From positions 158,614 to 198,886 of the forward strand of contig CAZUDK010000001.1 in assembly GCA_964618905.1 (NCBI GenBank): a stretch of DNA of 40,273 nt, read 5' to 3'. This stretch comes from an uncultured Candidatus Saccharibacteria bacterium. Its GTDB lineage: Bacteria; Patescibacteriota; Minisyncoccia; Phycocordibacterales; Zambryskibacteraceae. How positions within the stretch are numbered: the first letter of the stretch is position 1; the number at the start of each line of letters is the position of its first letter. Positions 25,566 to 35,682 of the stretch are shown piece by piece. The translations under genes and the position numbers were made by a program. Below the pieces are notes generated by a model. It was not told the origin of the DNA and ran no database searches. It saw nothing but the letters and a program-made list of their open reading frames with translations.

Positions 25566-27572
25566 ATGGCTTCCAACTCCTTAGACAGTCTCAACAATGC
25601 TCAAAAAGAAGCGGCTCTTTCTAAAGAAGGTCCTGTGCTCGTGCTTGCAGGAGCTGGTGCTGGAAAAACCAAGACTATTACAGAAAGGATCAAGCACCTC
25701 ATCTTATCCGGAGTAGCCCCTTCTTCTATACTGGCCATTACCTTTACAAATAAGGCCGCCCGAGAGATGCGCGAGCGCATCTCTCGGGCCATCCATGAAG
25801 ACCCAGCATTAAACAGGCCTGTAACAGAAGATGAAAAACCTTTCGTCAGCACATTCCACTCACTTGGAGTGCGCATTTTGCGGGAGAGGTTTGAAGAAGC
25901 GGGAATTAAAAAGCATTTCACCATTTTTGATAAAGATGATTCAAAAAGAGCAGTCAAAGAGGCCATTGTAGTTCTCGGACATGACCCAAAGGTTTACGAA
26001 CCTGGCAGATTCATGTCGATAATATCCAAGGAAAAAGGCCGAGGAGTAACCAAGAGCGAATACAAACAGAAAGAAGAGAAAGGCTGGGGAAAATTCTCGG
26101 AAGTTTTGGAAGGAATATGGGCCGGCTATGAAAAAATTTTAAGACGAGACAATGCCCTAGACTTTGACGACCTCCTGCTCAAGACAAGAAATCTCTTGAG
26201 AGATAATCCAAAGGTAAGAGAGCATTACCTAAATCTTTGGAAATATATACATATAGATGAGTACCAAGACACCAACAAGGTTCAATATGAGATCAGCAAG
26301 CTCCTGACCGGACCAGAGCACAATATCTTCGTAGTGGGAGACATCGACCAGAGCATCTATTCTTGGCGCGGAGCAGATATAAAAAATATTCTTGAATTTG
26401 AAAAAGATTATCCTGAAGCCAAGACCATTATATTGGAAGAGAACTACCGCTCCACAAAAAAGATCTTGGATGCCGCCAATAAAATCATTGAGAAAAATAA
26501 ATTAAGAAGAGAGAAAAATCTTTTCACCTCAAACCAAGAAGGCGAGAGCATAAGCATCTTTAAAGGATTCGACGAGCAAAGCGAAGCGGAATTCATCGCC
26601 ACCAAAGCAGGAGAAATAATAAAGACAGGTGAAAGGCCAGATGAAATAGCTGTGCTCTACAGAGCAAACTTCCAATCCCGAGCACTGGAAGAAGCTTTCT
26701 TGAGACAGAGCATACCTTACCAACTCCTTGGCACGAAATTTTTTGAAAGAAAAGAAATCAAAGATATTTTGTCATACCTAAGAGCGGCTTTGAGTCCGGA
26801 CAGTCTCGCCGACATAAAGCGGATCATAAATGTTCCAGCCCGCGGCATAGGCAAAGCAACTGTTGCAAAACTATTTGCCGGAGATGAAGCTTCACTGCCA
26901 GCTGCCACTAAAATAAAGATAGGAAAATTCAGAGAGCTTTTGATGGAGATAAAAAGAGTGGCGGAAGAGTCGAGTCCGAGCGAGACAATAAAATTCATCA
27001 TCAAAGCTTCAGGACTTGAAGCAGAGTGGAAAGAGTCAAAAAGAGAAGAAGATGCCGAACGATTAGAGAACGCATACGAACTTGCAAACTTCGCCAGCCG
27101 CTATGACCTGCCTCGCGTCGACGAGTCTCCGCGAGTCGAGGCTGGCGGCCGTCCAAAGGATGAAGCGGTCCTTGAATTTCTATCTGATGCCGCCCTCCAG
27201 AGCGACCAAGATGAAATGAGCGATGACGGCAATGCTGTCCGTCTCATGACAGTACATGCTTCTAAAGGCTTGGAGTTCAACACAGTCTTCATTGCCGGCA
27301 TGGAAGAAGGACTCTTTCCTCATGAAAAAGTTGAGAGAGACGGAGTGACTCCGGAAGAAGCAGAAGAAGAGAGAAGGCTTTTCTATGTAGCCCTTACACG
27401 TGCCCGGAAGAAAGTATTCTTGACCCATGCCGAGTCGCGAACAATATTCGGCAGAAGGCAGGTAAACGTGCCGTCTCAATTTATATTTGATATTCCAGAA
27501 GAACTTTTAGAAGAAGAAGGATTTGATGAAGGCGGCTGGCGCAGGAAGCCTCTCCTTGATATAGAGTTTTAA
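25566..27572 (+). CDS. pcrA: UvrD/PcrA DNA helicase
   Basis: AGAGAGKT, TFTNKAA, DEYQD, VGD..QSIY, NYRS, TVHASKGLEF, EERRLFYVA. Confidence 0.96.
   Translation: MASNSLDSLNNAQKEAALSKEGPVLVLAGAGAGKTKTITERIKHLILSGVAPSSILAITFTNKAAREMRERISRAIHEDPALNRPVTEDEKPFVSTFHSLGVRILRERFEEAGIKKHFTIFDKDDSKRAVKEAIVVLGHDPKVYEPGRFMSIISKEKGRGVTKSEYKQKEEKGWGKFSEVLEGIWAGYEKILRRDNALDFDDLLLKTRNLLRDNPKVREHYLNLWKYIHIDEYQDTNKVQYEISKLLTGPEHNIFVVGDIDQSIYSWRGADIKNILEFEKDYPEAKTIILEENYRSTKKILDAANKIIEKNKLRREKNLFTSNQEGESISIFKGFDEQSEAEFIATKAGEIIKTGERPDEIAVLYRANFQSRALEEAFLRQSIPYQLLGTKFFERKEIKDILSYLRAALSPDSLADIKRIINVPARGIGKATVAKLFAGDEASLPAATKIKIGKFRELLMEIKRVAEESSPSETIKFIIKASGLEAEWKESKREEDAERLENAYELANFASRYDLPRVDESPRVEAGGRPKDEAVLEFLSDAALQSDQDEMSDDGNAVRLMTVHASKGLEFNTVFIAGMEEGLFPHEKVERDGVTPEEAEEERRLFYVALTRARKKVFLTHAESRTIFGRRQVNVPSQFIFDIPEELLEEEGFDEGGWRRKPLLDIEF
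27107..27148. repeat. 42-nt GC-rich palindromic insert in frame in pcrA
   Basis: CCTGCCTCG...CGAGGCTGGCGG encoding LPRVDESPRVEAGG. Confidence 0.55.
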
Positions 27573-27596
27573 TTAAACTATGCTCACTATAATAAA

Positions 27597-28397
27597 ATGA
27601 GAGCAAAAAAATCTTTAGGCCAACATTTCCTGCGGAGCCAGAAAGCTCTGTCGGACATTGTTGATGCAAGCGATCCGAACGCAAACGATGTCATACTTGA
27701 AATAGGTCCCGGTGAAGGAGTGCTGACAAAAAGACTTCTAACATTTGCTGCCAAAGTTATAGCAGTTGAAAAAGATGACAATCTTTATGAATTTCTCAAG
27801 GAAAATTTTTCTGAAGAAATTCGCAAAGGCAAGCTCGATCTCATACACGGCGACATACTGGAATTCAATCCGCAGAGCTTGGAATTCTACGAAGGCTTTC
27901 CATACAAGATAATCGCAAATATTCCATACAACATTACCGGAGCAATCATCAGAAAGTTTCTGTCTACAGAACTTCAACCAGAGCTCATGGTTCTTTTGGT
28001 GCAAAAAGAAGTTGCAGACCGAATAGTTGCAAAGAAAGAGAAAGAAAGCATTCTTTCAATTTCCGTCAAAGCTTACGGGAAACCGCATTACATAAGCACA
28101 GTCAAAGCAGGATCTTTCGCTCCGGCCCCGAAAGTTGATTCGGCGATTATAGCCATAGAAAAAATTTCCAAGGACTTTTTCAGAGGTTTCTCAGAAAAAT
28201 TCTTCTTTGAACTGCTTCATGCAGGCTTTAGTTCCAAGAGAAAAAAGGTTTCATCCAACTTGGCTGAAGTCTGCCCTAAAGAAGATATAAAGACAGTGTT
28301 TCAAAATCTTGGCCTAGATGAAAATACTCGCGCCGAAGATTTAGATATAGAAACTTGGGGAAAAATAGCTAGGCTACTTAGAGGTGCCCATGTATAA
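27597..28397 (+). CDS. rsmA: 16S rRNA adenine dimethyltransferase
   Basis: KKSLGQHFL, EIGPGEG, ANIPYNIT, PKVDS. Confidence 0.97.
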   Translation: MRAKKSLGQHFLRSQKALSDIVDASDPNANDVILEIGPGEGVLTKRLLTFAAKVIAVEKDDNLYEFLKENFSEEIRKGKLDLIHGDILEFNPQSLEFYEGFPYKIIANIPYNITGAIIRKFLSTELQPELMVLLVQKEVADRIVAKKEKESILSISVKAYGKPHYISTVKAGSFAPAPKVDSAIIAIEKISKDFFRGFSEKFFFELLHAGFSSKRKKVSSNLAEVCPKEDIKTVFQNLGLDENTRAEDLDIETWGKIARLLRGAHV

Positions 28398-28838
28398 GAT
28401 AGTGCCATCTGCTTCGAGTTTTCCAGAACACTTTGGAGGTTGACAGAATCCAGCCAAACACTTTAAGGCTGCTGTAGCATAATCAGAATCTTTTATGTAT
28501 TTACATGAAGCTTCTTCTTTCTTGTACTTCCCTAGATTCCAAACATCTTCTTCAATTTTCTTATATTGATACAGATGAGTTGTTAGAGGATCATAAAACA
28601 GAGACATACCAGAAGTTTTAGTGCCTCCTTTCCAGAAAATATCATCATATTTGATCAGCTTTGTACCGATTTTTTCCGGTTCTTCCGTAGGACAAAAACA
28701 TTTATCTACGCTGGTAATTTTTCCGCCGAAGAAAACCTCACCGCCCGACAGAGAATTCAGACCGGGATTGCTAATTGCAAATAAAAAAATAGGAGAAAAT
28801 ACAAACCCTAGAATCATCAAAAATTTTAACGATTTCAT
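28374..28838 (-). CDS. Hypothetical exported Cys-containing protein
   Basis: Signal-like MKSLKFLMILGFVFSPIFLFA; FGGKI...CFC; six Cys; ends MGTSK. Confidence 0.6.
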   Translation of the reverse strand: MKSLKFLMILGFVFSPIFLFAISNPGLNSLSGGEVFFGGKITSVDKCFCPTEEPEKIGTKLIKYDDIFWKGGTKTSGMSLFYDPLTTHLYQYKKIEEDVWNLGKYKKEEASCKYIKDSDYATAALKCLAGFCQPPKCSGKLEADGTILYMGTSK

Positions 28839-28888
28839 TGTTTTTAAGTATAACTTTACTAAAAAACTTTTGCTATACTTAAAGCAAC

Positions 28889-29674
28889 ATGCGGCACCGT
28901 ATAGCCTTAGCCCTTTTTTTATCATTTGCCCTAATCGGAGGAGCAACAATTTTTAGATTAAAAGCAGACAGCAAGATCACATACACTGTTACTACTTCGA
29001 GTGCAGATAAAAATGCCAATAACGAATTCAAAGACTTTCAAGTTGCATATCTAGACAGCGCTTCCGAGAACACAGCAAGTTCTACTCCGCTCACTCAGAC
29101 AGACTTGATCGCAAGACAGATGTTCTCTGATTTCATAGATTTAAATTCGAGAGGGCGAGCTACTTCAGAGAATTTAAATTCTTTAGCCAAATCATATGCT
29201 GATAACATCGTCGGCCTTTCATTATCATTTGATTCTGGCTACGTTCCAAATTTTGAAACAGTCCCGAACACTCCAGCCAATCTCAGCGCTTATGGATATT
29301 CTTTGATGTTCACAAGAAAAGAGCATCAGAAAATGGTAGAGGAAAATACTTCGTCTTTGGCTCCAGACGAAAGCTTAGAAAAAATCCTAGCTAATGCAGC
29401 AACTATTATAAAACCGATATATGAAAGCTCGGTAAAAGACTTGGAAGCCATGAAGGTTCCCGAAATGCTTCAGGAGGAACATGCCGCTTTGATAAAAAAT
29501 CACATTGCAAGTGCTAAGGCTATGGAGGCATTAGAGCAAATGCCGGAAGATGCCATACAAGGCTTCTCAGCTCTAGCGGCTCAGAAAAAAGCTTTTAATG
29601 AAGATGTGATTATATTTTCAAAGATTAGAGATATTCTTGCATCAAAAGGCGTTATCATAGAACCAGGCACATGA
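28889..29674 (+). CDS. Hypothetical N-anchored helical protein
   Basis: N-terminal TM; first gene of a co-directional run. Confidence 0.7.
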   Translation: MRHRIALALFLSFALIGGATIFRLKADSKITYTVTTSSADKNANNEFKDFQVAYLDSASENTASSTPLTQTDLIARQMFSDFIDLNSRGRATSENLNSLAKSYADNIVGLSLSFDSGYVPNFETVPNTPANLSAYGYSLMFTRKEHQKMVEENTSSLAPDESLEKILANAATIIKPIYESSVKDLEAMKVPEMLQEEHAALIKNHIASAKAMEALEQMPEDAIQGFSALAAQKKAFNEDVIIFSKIRDILASKGVIIEPGT

Positions 29675-30951
29675 AAAAGAATTCTATAATAATCGGATTA
29701 ATTATCATTCTCGCACTATCGGCTTTCCCTTTGGAAACAAGAGCTGATGCAATCGATACAATAGGTGGAGCCATAGGCGGAGATGATGATTTTGTTCCAA
29801 TTAAAAATCCTGCTTGGGAAGAAAAGGAGATAGGAGACGGTGGAGGTGGAGATATCATTGGTGCTTTAGGTAAAGCGATACCCGGACTTGAGGATGTTGT
29901 AAACATTGCTTGCGGTGGATGGGATTCTTGTTTGGTGGCCGCTGCGAAGGTTGCAATTGACCAAATTACTAATTCAACATTGGATTGGATAAACAGCGGC
30001 TTTGAAGGCAACCCGACATATGTCACAGAGCCGGGAAAATTCTTCGGTAATATTGCTGACGGCGTTGCAGGAGAATTCCTTCAAGGAAGCGATCTAGGCT
30101 TTCTATGCTCTCCATTCCAAAACAGTATAAGGATTTCTTTAGCCCAAAATTATAACAGCAGCCACGGCTATGGAGAATCAAGATTCCAATGCACTGTTTC
30201 TGAAGCATGGGGAAACATTGAAGATTGGTATGGCGGAAATTTCAAGGAAGGCGGCTGGAAGACATGGCTGGCTGTGTCTCAAAATCCAAGCAACAATCCA
30301 TACGGGGCTTATTTGGAAGCTAAAGTAGAACTCGACTCGCGTATTGCCGAGGACATAGGAATTAATGAAAAGATGTTAGAGTGGGGCAGCGGATTTCTGG
30401 GAGCTGCAGAATGTATAAAGAGTGACCCAGAAACAGGAGAGTGCATAGAAAGAGGACCTATATCTACCCCGGGCACCCTTGTTGAAGGTCAGCTGGAAAA
30501 GCTGCTTGGCAGCAATGTGTCTCAACTCGAACTTGCTGATGAGTTCGACGAGCTGTCAGTGGCAGCAATGACAGCAATAGCTGATAAGATTGCGGGCCTC
30601 TTCAGTAATAGGGGCTTGAAAGAAAGTGGAGGTGCAAAAGGAGAAGCACCAGCTGCAAGCTTGGTATCCTGTATACCAATGAAAAAATCTGTACAGGTCG
30701 GCGAGCAAACAGCTTGGACTGTGTTGAGCTTCTTAGGATCTAACCAATCATTTGTTTGGACTGGAGATGAGATGACAAATATAAATTCGCGCGATGCGGT
30801 TATCAGCTATGCTATACCTGGAGAGAAGAGTGCTCAAGTGAGAGTAACAGCAATAGGCAACGATGGTGAAGAGCGTACCGTATCAGTAAATTGCTCAGAT
30901 ACAATATTAGTATCAGCTGCTCCAGCAGAGACAGAACAACCACAGCAATAA
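29671..30951 (+). CDS. Exported protein of T4SS-like locus
   Basis: Signal peptide; WINSGFEG, LCSPF, GGW, NNPYG, TPG motifs; C-terminal beta-rich (PKD-like) segment. Confidence 0.65.
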   Translation: MKKNSIIIGLIIILALSAFPLETRADAIDTIGGAIGGDDDFVPIKNPAWEEKEIGDGGGGDIIGALGKAIPGLEDVVNIACGGWDSCLVAAAKVAIDQITNSTLDWINSGFEGNPTYVTEPGKFFGNIADGVAGEFLQGSDLGFLCSPFQNSIRISLAQNYNSSHGYGESRFQCTVSEAWGNIEDWYGGNFKEGGWKTWLAVSQNPSNNPYGAYLEAKVELDSRIAEDIGINEKMLEWGSGFLGAAECIKSDPETGECIERGPISTPGTLVEGQLEKLLGSNVSQLELADEFDELSVAAMTAIADKIAGLFSNRGLKESGGAKGEAPAASLVSCIPMKKSVQVGEQTAWTVLSFLGSNQSFVWTGDEMTNINSRDAVISYAIPGEKSAQVRVTAIGNDGEERTVSVNCSDTILVSAAPAETEQPQQ

Positions 30952-30952
30952 G

Positions 30953-33322
30953 ATGAAAAAATTTTTAGCACACATTTCAAATCCCGCAACAGTACTGACA
31001 CTGACTCTTGTAGTAAGCATATTACTTCTTCCTCAACCGGCACATGCTTCACCTGTTGATTTTGCCGCCGGGGCCATTGAGAAAGCATTAGCTATTTTGG
31101 CTGGTGCTGTATTAAAAATATTCAGCCTCCTTACCGCACTAAGCGGTATGCTGCTCAATTTTGTTATGCACTACACCATAGTGGATGTAGCAGACAATTA
31201 TTCGAAGCTGCCAGCTATAAATTCTGCTTGGACAACTATACGAGACGTGGCTAACATGTCTTTTATTTTCATACTTTTATATGCGGCTATTCAGCTGATA
31301 CTTGGCATCGGGAAAGATACTCAAAAGTTGATTGTAAAGGTTGTAATGGTAGCCATACTGATAAATTTCAGCATGTTCTTTACTAAAGTAGTGATAGATG
31401 CTTCCAATGTGTTGTCCATAACTTTCTATGGTGCGATGGCCCCGGGTGCACTGGAGTCAGATTCCCCAATAGAGTCAGGGCTTTCAAACGCCTTCATGGA
31501 CCATTTAGAGATATCTTCTCTTTATGAGGCGGCTGGCCACACTCTTGATGTGGGGTCGATATTTACCACAGGCATAATGGGATCAATATTACTCCTTATA
31601 GCTTCCTTTGTTTTCTTTGCCATAGCCATCATGTTCATCATCCGGTACGTGATCTTGATAATGGTCATAATACTCTCTCCGCTGGCTTTTACGGCAATGA
31701 TACTTCCGAATTCTGATAAGTATTTTGATAAATGGAAAGACGCCCTGATTGGACAGGCCTTCTTCGCCCCCATATATCTGATGCTGACATGGATTTCCTT
31801 AAAAATGCTTGACGGTATGTTTGCTGCTAATGTTTTCGGTCCTTCGGAAGGTGCAGAATCTGCACTTAGCGGAATAACCTTGACGGCAACAGGTGCGGAC
31901 GGTGCCCAAGGATTCTTATCGACCTTCATGGGATTTGCTGTTGTCATAGTATTTTTAATAGCTGCTCTTATTATTTCAAAAGATGTAGCAAACAAAGCTG
32001 GCCCGGGCGTAAAGAACCTTACCAAGTGGGCAACCGGCAGGGCAGGAAATATTGCATTTGGGGGAGCGGCTAAGTTGGGAAGGGGAACAATTGGTCTTGC
32101 TGGTAAGGCGGCATCTGATAATGTGGCGCTTCAAGAAGCAGCAAAAAAGGAGAGGACGGGCAGCTGGAGAACAAGAGTTGGTTTCGTAGATAATACCAAA
32201 GGAGCTGCTGCTCGCTTGGCATTATATACAAGTAAGAAAGCTCGAAGTGGTTCAATGGATGTTAGGCGGGCATCCATTCCAACTAGTGTTATTGGCGATC
32301 TAGCTCAAGGTACGGTTGGTAGAACTAAATTTGGCAGAACAGTTGGTCTTGATGATGTAAATATTAAAAATATTGATGTTGGCGCCTTTGCCGCTAATCA
32401 GACTGGTGTAGGACAAGGACAAGAAGGTGGGTACAAAGAGAAGAAGGAAGAGAAAGAGAAGAGAATAAATACAAGAGCGAGAGCTAATGCAGACGAATAT
32501 AGAAAAGCTCAATCAAAAACTAAGATTAAGGAAGGGTTGTCAAATAATGCTTCCCCAGCCGAAATCTTAGAAATGCAGAAAATGATTAAAGATATGTCTA
32601 ACAAAGAGATTGTCTCTCTTGATGCTAATACTCTTGCCAACACTAAGGTGGCAGAAGCTCTCACAGCAAATCATCTAAAAGCAATTGATGATGATAAAGA
32701 TAATCTTTCTGAGACAGAAAAGAGAGAAATCTTTGAAAAGCACTTTGCTAAAGTTGCTGATGCTGCTGATGCAATTCATGCAGGCACAGCTACAAATGCT
32801 GATAAAAATATCATTAAGAATATTTCGGATAAAGAGCTAAGTTATATACCATCTTCAATATTTGATCCTACAAAACTTGATCCAACTAACGCCTCTGCAG
32901 AAGGAAATAGAAGCAGGGCTATACTCAAGACTATCGGACAAGGACAAGTTGACAGCCTCACAAAAAGCGATAAATATCTTGCTTCTGAAAAACAAGCCAT
33001 TAAAACAGAAAGAGCGAGACCACTGGAAGACGCATTTACAAATGGTAATTGGTCAGGCTCTCCGGATAGTGCAGTTGAACTTATGAGAGGAATGAGACCC
33101 GAAGCATTGGTACAACTCGATGATGCAAAGCTTACAAATCCTAATGTTATAGAACTTTATTCGCCTGCCCTCCTTAATAAGATGGCTGCCCGTTCTGAAC
33201 TCACAGAAGGAAAGGCTCGCGCAATAAGAAATGTAATTATTAATGCAGGACCTGGAATTCCTGGATCTGACCAAGAAAAAGCCTACACATGGCTGCAAGG
33301 TGATGGATTAAACATATTCTAA
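30953..33322 (+). CDS. VirB6/TrbL-like polytopic membrane protein with long C-terminal extension
   Basis: W..IRDVAN, LINFS, multiple TMs, SPLAF...LP; context upstream of PrgI and VirB4. Confidence 0.75.
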   Translation: MKKFLAHISNPATVLTLTLVVSILLLPQPAHASPVDFAAGAIEKALAILAGAVLKIFSLLTALSGMLLNFVMHYTIVDVADNYSKLPAINSAWTTIRDVANMSFIFILLYAAIQLILGIGKDTQKLIVKVVMVAILINFSMFFTKVVIDASNVLSITFYGAMAPGALESDSPIESGLSNAFMDHLEISSLYEAAGHTLDVGSIFTTGIMGSILLLIASFVFFAIAIMFIIRYVILIMVIILSPLAFTAMILPNSDKYFDKWKDALIGQAFFAPIYLMLTWISLKMLDGMFAANVFGPSEGAESALSGITLTATGADGAQGFLSTFMGFAVVIVFLIAALIISKDVANKAGPGVKNLTKWATGRAGNIAFGGAAKLGRGTIGLAGKAASDNVALQEAAKKERTGSWRTRVGFVDNTKGAAARLALYTSKKARSGSMDVRRASIPTSVIGDLAQGTVGRTKFGRTVGLDDVNIKNIDVGAFAANQTGVGQGQEGGYKEKKEEKEKRINTRARANADEYRKAQSKTKIKEGLSNNASPAEILEMQKMIKDMSNKEIVSLDANTLANTKVAEALTANHLKAIDDDKDNLSETEKREIFEKHFAKVADAADAIHAGTATNADKNIIKNISDKELSYIPSSIFDPTKLDPTNASAEGNRSRAILKTIGQGQVDSLTKSDKYLASEKQAIKTERARPLEDAFTNGNWSGSPDSAVELMRGMRPEALVQLDDAKLTNPNVIELYSPALLNKMAARSELTEGKARAIRNVIINAGPGIPGSDQEKAYTWLQGDGLNIF

Positions 33323-33326
33323 AATA

Positions 33327-34031
33327 ATGACTTACCCTAAAGAAATAATTAGAAAAATATATCAATCTCTTCCTGATGAACTAAAGAGTGTTGTAGGTAC
33401 CCAAGAAACAGCGAGTATTAATGATGAAATTGCTAAAGCTTACAGACTAAATACAAAACAACGATTGGGAATGGGAGATGAAGTCACCATGAGATTGATT
33501 GGAGTAACAACAGCTAATAGTTTTATCTCTAATCTTAAAACCAGGCTTGGAATATCTTCAGAAATTGCAGAAAAAATAAAGGCAGATGTAGAAACTAAAA
33601 TTCTCTCGAAAGTTTCAGTAAAAGTTCTTCATGCACAAGAAGAATATAGTCAATCAAAATTAAAAGAAACCACTACTACTTCAACAAAACTTCCTGAAGT
33701 TGCGCCGGAGATTCATCCTATGGTGGAGAAGGGGGAAGTTGCACATAATGTGCCGCTGGCTGAAGAGGAAGAACCAAGTGCTGCATCTCACAAAGCATCT
33801 GCTCCGGCAAACATTCCTACGCAAGATCCATCAGAAGTTCCTGAATCTATTGAAGAATTAGTAGAAGAACCTTCAACTCAGCCTTCTGCAAATCCCGTAT
33901 CTAAACCCGAACCGAAAATTACCGCACAATCCGCTTCAGAACCAAAGAAAGAAGAGGTTCAAGTACCGCCACCTCCTGCAAAATCTCCCTACCCACCAGG
34001 TCAAGACCCGTATAGGGAACCTATTGAATGA
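33327..34031 (+). CDS. Hypothetical protein with Pro/Glu-rich tail
   Basis: N-terminal helical domain (SLPDELK); ends DPYREPIE. Confidence 0.75.
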   Translation: MTYPKEIIRKIYQSLPDELKSVVGTQETASINDEIAKAYRLNTKQRLGMGDEVTMRLIGVTTANSFISNLKTRLGISSEIAEKIKADVETKILSKVSVKVLHAQEEYSQSKLKETTTTSTKLPEVAPEIHPMVEKGEVAHNVPLAEEEEPSAASHKASAPANIPTQDPSEVPESIEELVEEPSTQPSANPVSKPEPKITAQSASEPKKEEVQVPPPPAKSPYPPGQDPYREPIE

Positions 34032-34051
34032 CTCTGTCATTCAATAGGTTC
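34017..34051. repeat. Perfect 16-bp inverted repeat covering a stop codon
   Basis: GAACCTATTGAATGAC-tct-GTCATTCAATAGGTTC. Confidence 0.85.
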
Positions 34052-34077
34052 GAAGTATGTAGTAAGAAGTATGAAGT

Positions 34078-34455
34078 ATGACAGAAAACAAAATCAAATC
34101 TTTCAAAGATTTAAGGGTGTGGCAAGAAGGACACAAACTTATATTGGAAATATATAAAATAACAAAAACATTCCCTAAGGAGGAATTTTTTGGATTAACA
34201 AATCAAATTAGAAGAGCATCTGTTTCTATAACTTCAAATATTTCAGAGGGATTCAATAGAAATTCTATTAAAGAGAAGCTTCAATTCTATTATATTGCTC
34301 TAGGCTCACTTGCAGAAACTCAAAGTCAATTATTAATAGCAAAAGATATAGGGTATATAAAACCTGAAGTGTTTGATAAAATAGAATTGCAGTTAATTTT
34401 AGTCCAAAAGTTATTAAATAGCTTTATAAAAAGTATTCGCTCGTTTAATTCATGA
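34078..34455 (+). CDS. Four-helix bundle protein (23S rRNA IVP-like family)
   Basis: FKDLRVWQ, FPKEE.FGLTNQIRRA..SI..NISEG, GSLAE. Confidence 0.92.
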   Translation: MTENKIKSFKDLRVWQEGHKLILEIYKITKTFPKEEFFGLTNQIRRASVSITSNISEGFNRNSIKEKLQFYYIALGSLAETQSQLLIAKDIGYIKPEVFDKIELQLILVQKLLNSFIKSIRSFNS

Positions 34456-34491
34456 ATCTTTTTACTACTTACTTCTTACTACTTAAACAGC

Positions 34492-34962
34492 ATGCGTTTC
34501 CAAGTACCACAATTTATAGAAGTAGAGGACAAGATTTTCGGACCGCTTACCTTCAAGCAGTTCATATATGTTGCCGGCGGGGGAGGTATCTGTGTTCTCT
34601 TCTTCACATTCTTGCCGAAATTTCTGGCACTGCTAATTAGCGTGCCTATAATTGTTTTTTCTCTAGCACTTGCTTTCTATAAAGTTAATCAAAAACCCTT
34701 CATTGACCTTGTAGAAGCTTTCTTTGAATACAGTCTCAAAAGCAAACTTTATGTGTGGAAAAAAGAAGAAAAGAAGCCGAAGAAAACCAATTCCTCCGCC
34801 GTAGGGCAAGCACCCGGACCTATAAAACAGGTCCAGCTTCCCAAACTTTCACATTCCAAACTTAAAGAGCTTACATGGCGCCTTGACATAAAAGAAAATC
34901 AAAATCCCGTTACTCCGACTTCTGCCGAATCACCAAATGGTTACAGCCTAAACAATATTTAG
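34492..34962 (+). CDS. PrgI family (VirB3-like) protein
   Basis: FQVPQFIEVEDKIFGPLTFKQF plus two TMs. Confidence 0.85.
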   Translation: MRFQVPQFIEVEDKIFGPLTFKQFIYVAGGGGICVLFFTFLPKFLALLISVPIIVFSLALAFYKVNQKPFIDLVEAFFEYSLKSKLYVWKKEEKKPKKTNSSAVGQAPGPIKQVQLPKLSHSKLKELTWRLDIKENQNPVTPTSAESPNGYSLNNI

Positions 34963-35034
34963 AAATAATCCACTGATACTCATATTCAAATTAGAATTTA
35001 TAACTTAGAACTTTCTATAAGTAAGGTATAATAA

Positions 35035-35682
35035 ATGCCAATGACCGCGGCCAAAAGCTCAACTCAAGAGTTCGTTCCCATAAAAGAAGTTCGAGACGGT
35101 ATAGCTGTACTAAAAGACGGCGGCATGAGAGCTATTCTGCTGTGCTCTTCTTTAAACTTTTCCCTTAAATCTGACGATGAGAGAAATGCTATCCTCCTTC
35201 AGTTCCAAAACTTCTTAAACTCTTTGGACTTTTCCGTTGAAATAGTGGTGCAGTCCAGAAAACTCGACATCAGACCGTATATAGCCCTTCTTGAAGAGAG
35301 GGAAAAGGAGCAAACTACCAACCTTATGAAGATCCAGGTCAGGGAATACATAGAATTCATAAAGAATTTCACAGAAAGCACCAATATCATGACTAAAAAC
35401 TTCTTTATTGTCGTACCTTATTCGCCATCAGTTTTTCGAGGTGGTAAGAAAGGAATCTTTGACTCCCTACCATTCCTCAACAATAAAAAGAGTAAGCGGA
35501 ACAGTAAGGGAAACTTTGAAGAAGACAGAAGCCAGCTCGAGGAACGCCTAGCTGTTGTAGAGCAAGGCTTGCAGCGTTCGGGTATTCGAGTAGCCCGCCT
35601 TGGCACAGAAGAAATGGTCGAGCTCTTCTACAAAGCCTTTAATCCGGGAGAGACAGAAAAACCTGTTAAAATATCGCAATGA
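35035..35682 (+). CDS. VirB4/TraC N-terminal-like protein (start may be 35041)
   Basis: NFSLKS..E, FLNSLDF, K.FFIVVPY; directly upstream of VirB4-like ATPase. Confidence 0.7.
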   Translation: MPMTAAKSSTQEFVPIKEVRDGIAVLKDGGMRAILLCSSLNFSLKSDDERNAILLQFQNFLNSLDFSVEIVVQSRKLDIRPYIALLEEREKEQTTNLMKIQVREYIEFIKNFTESTNIMTKNFFIVVPYSPSVFRGGKKGIFDSLPFLNNKKSKRNSKGNFEEDRSQLEERLAVVEQGLQRSGIRVARLGTEEMVELFYKAFNPGETEKPVKISQ

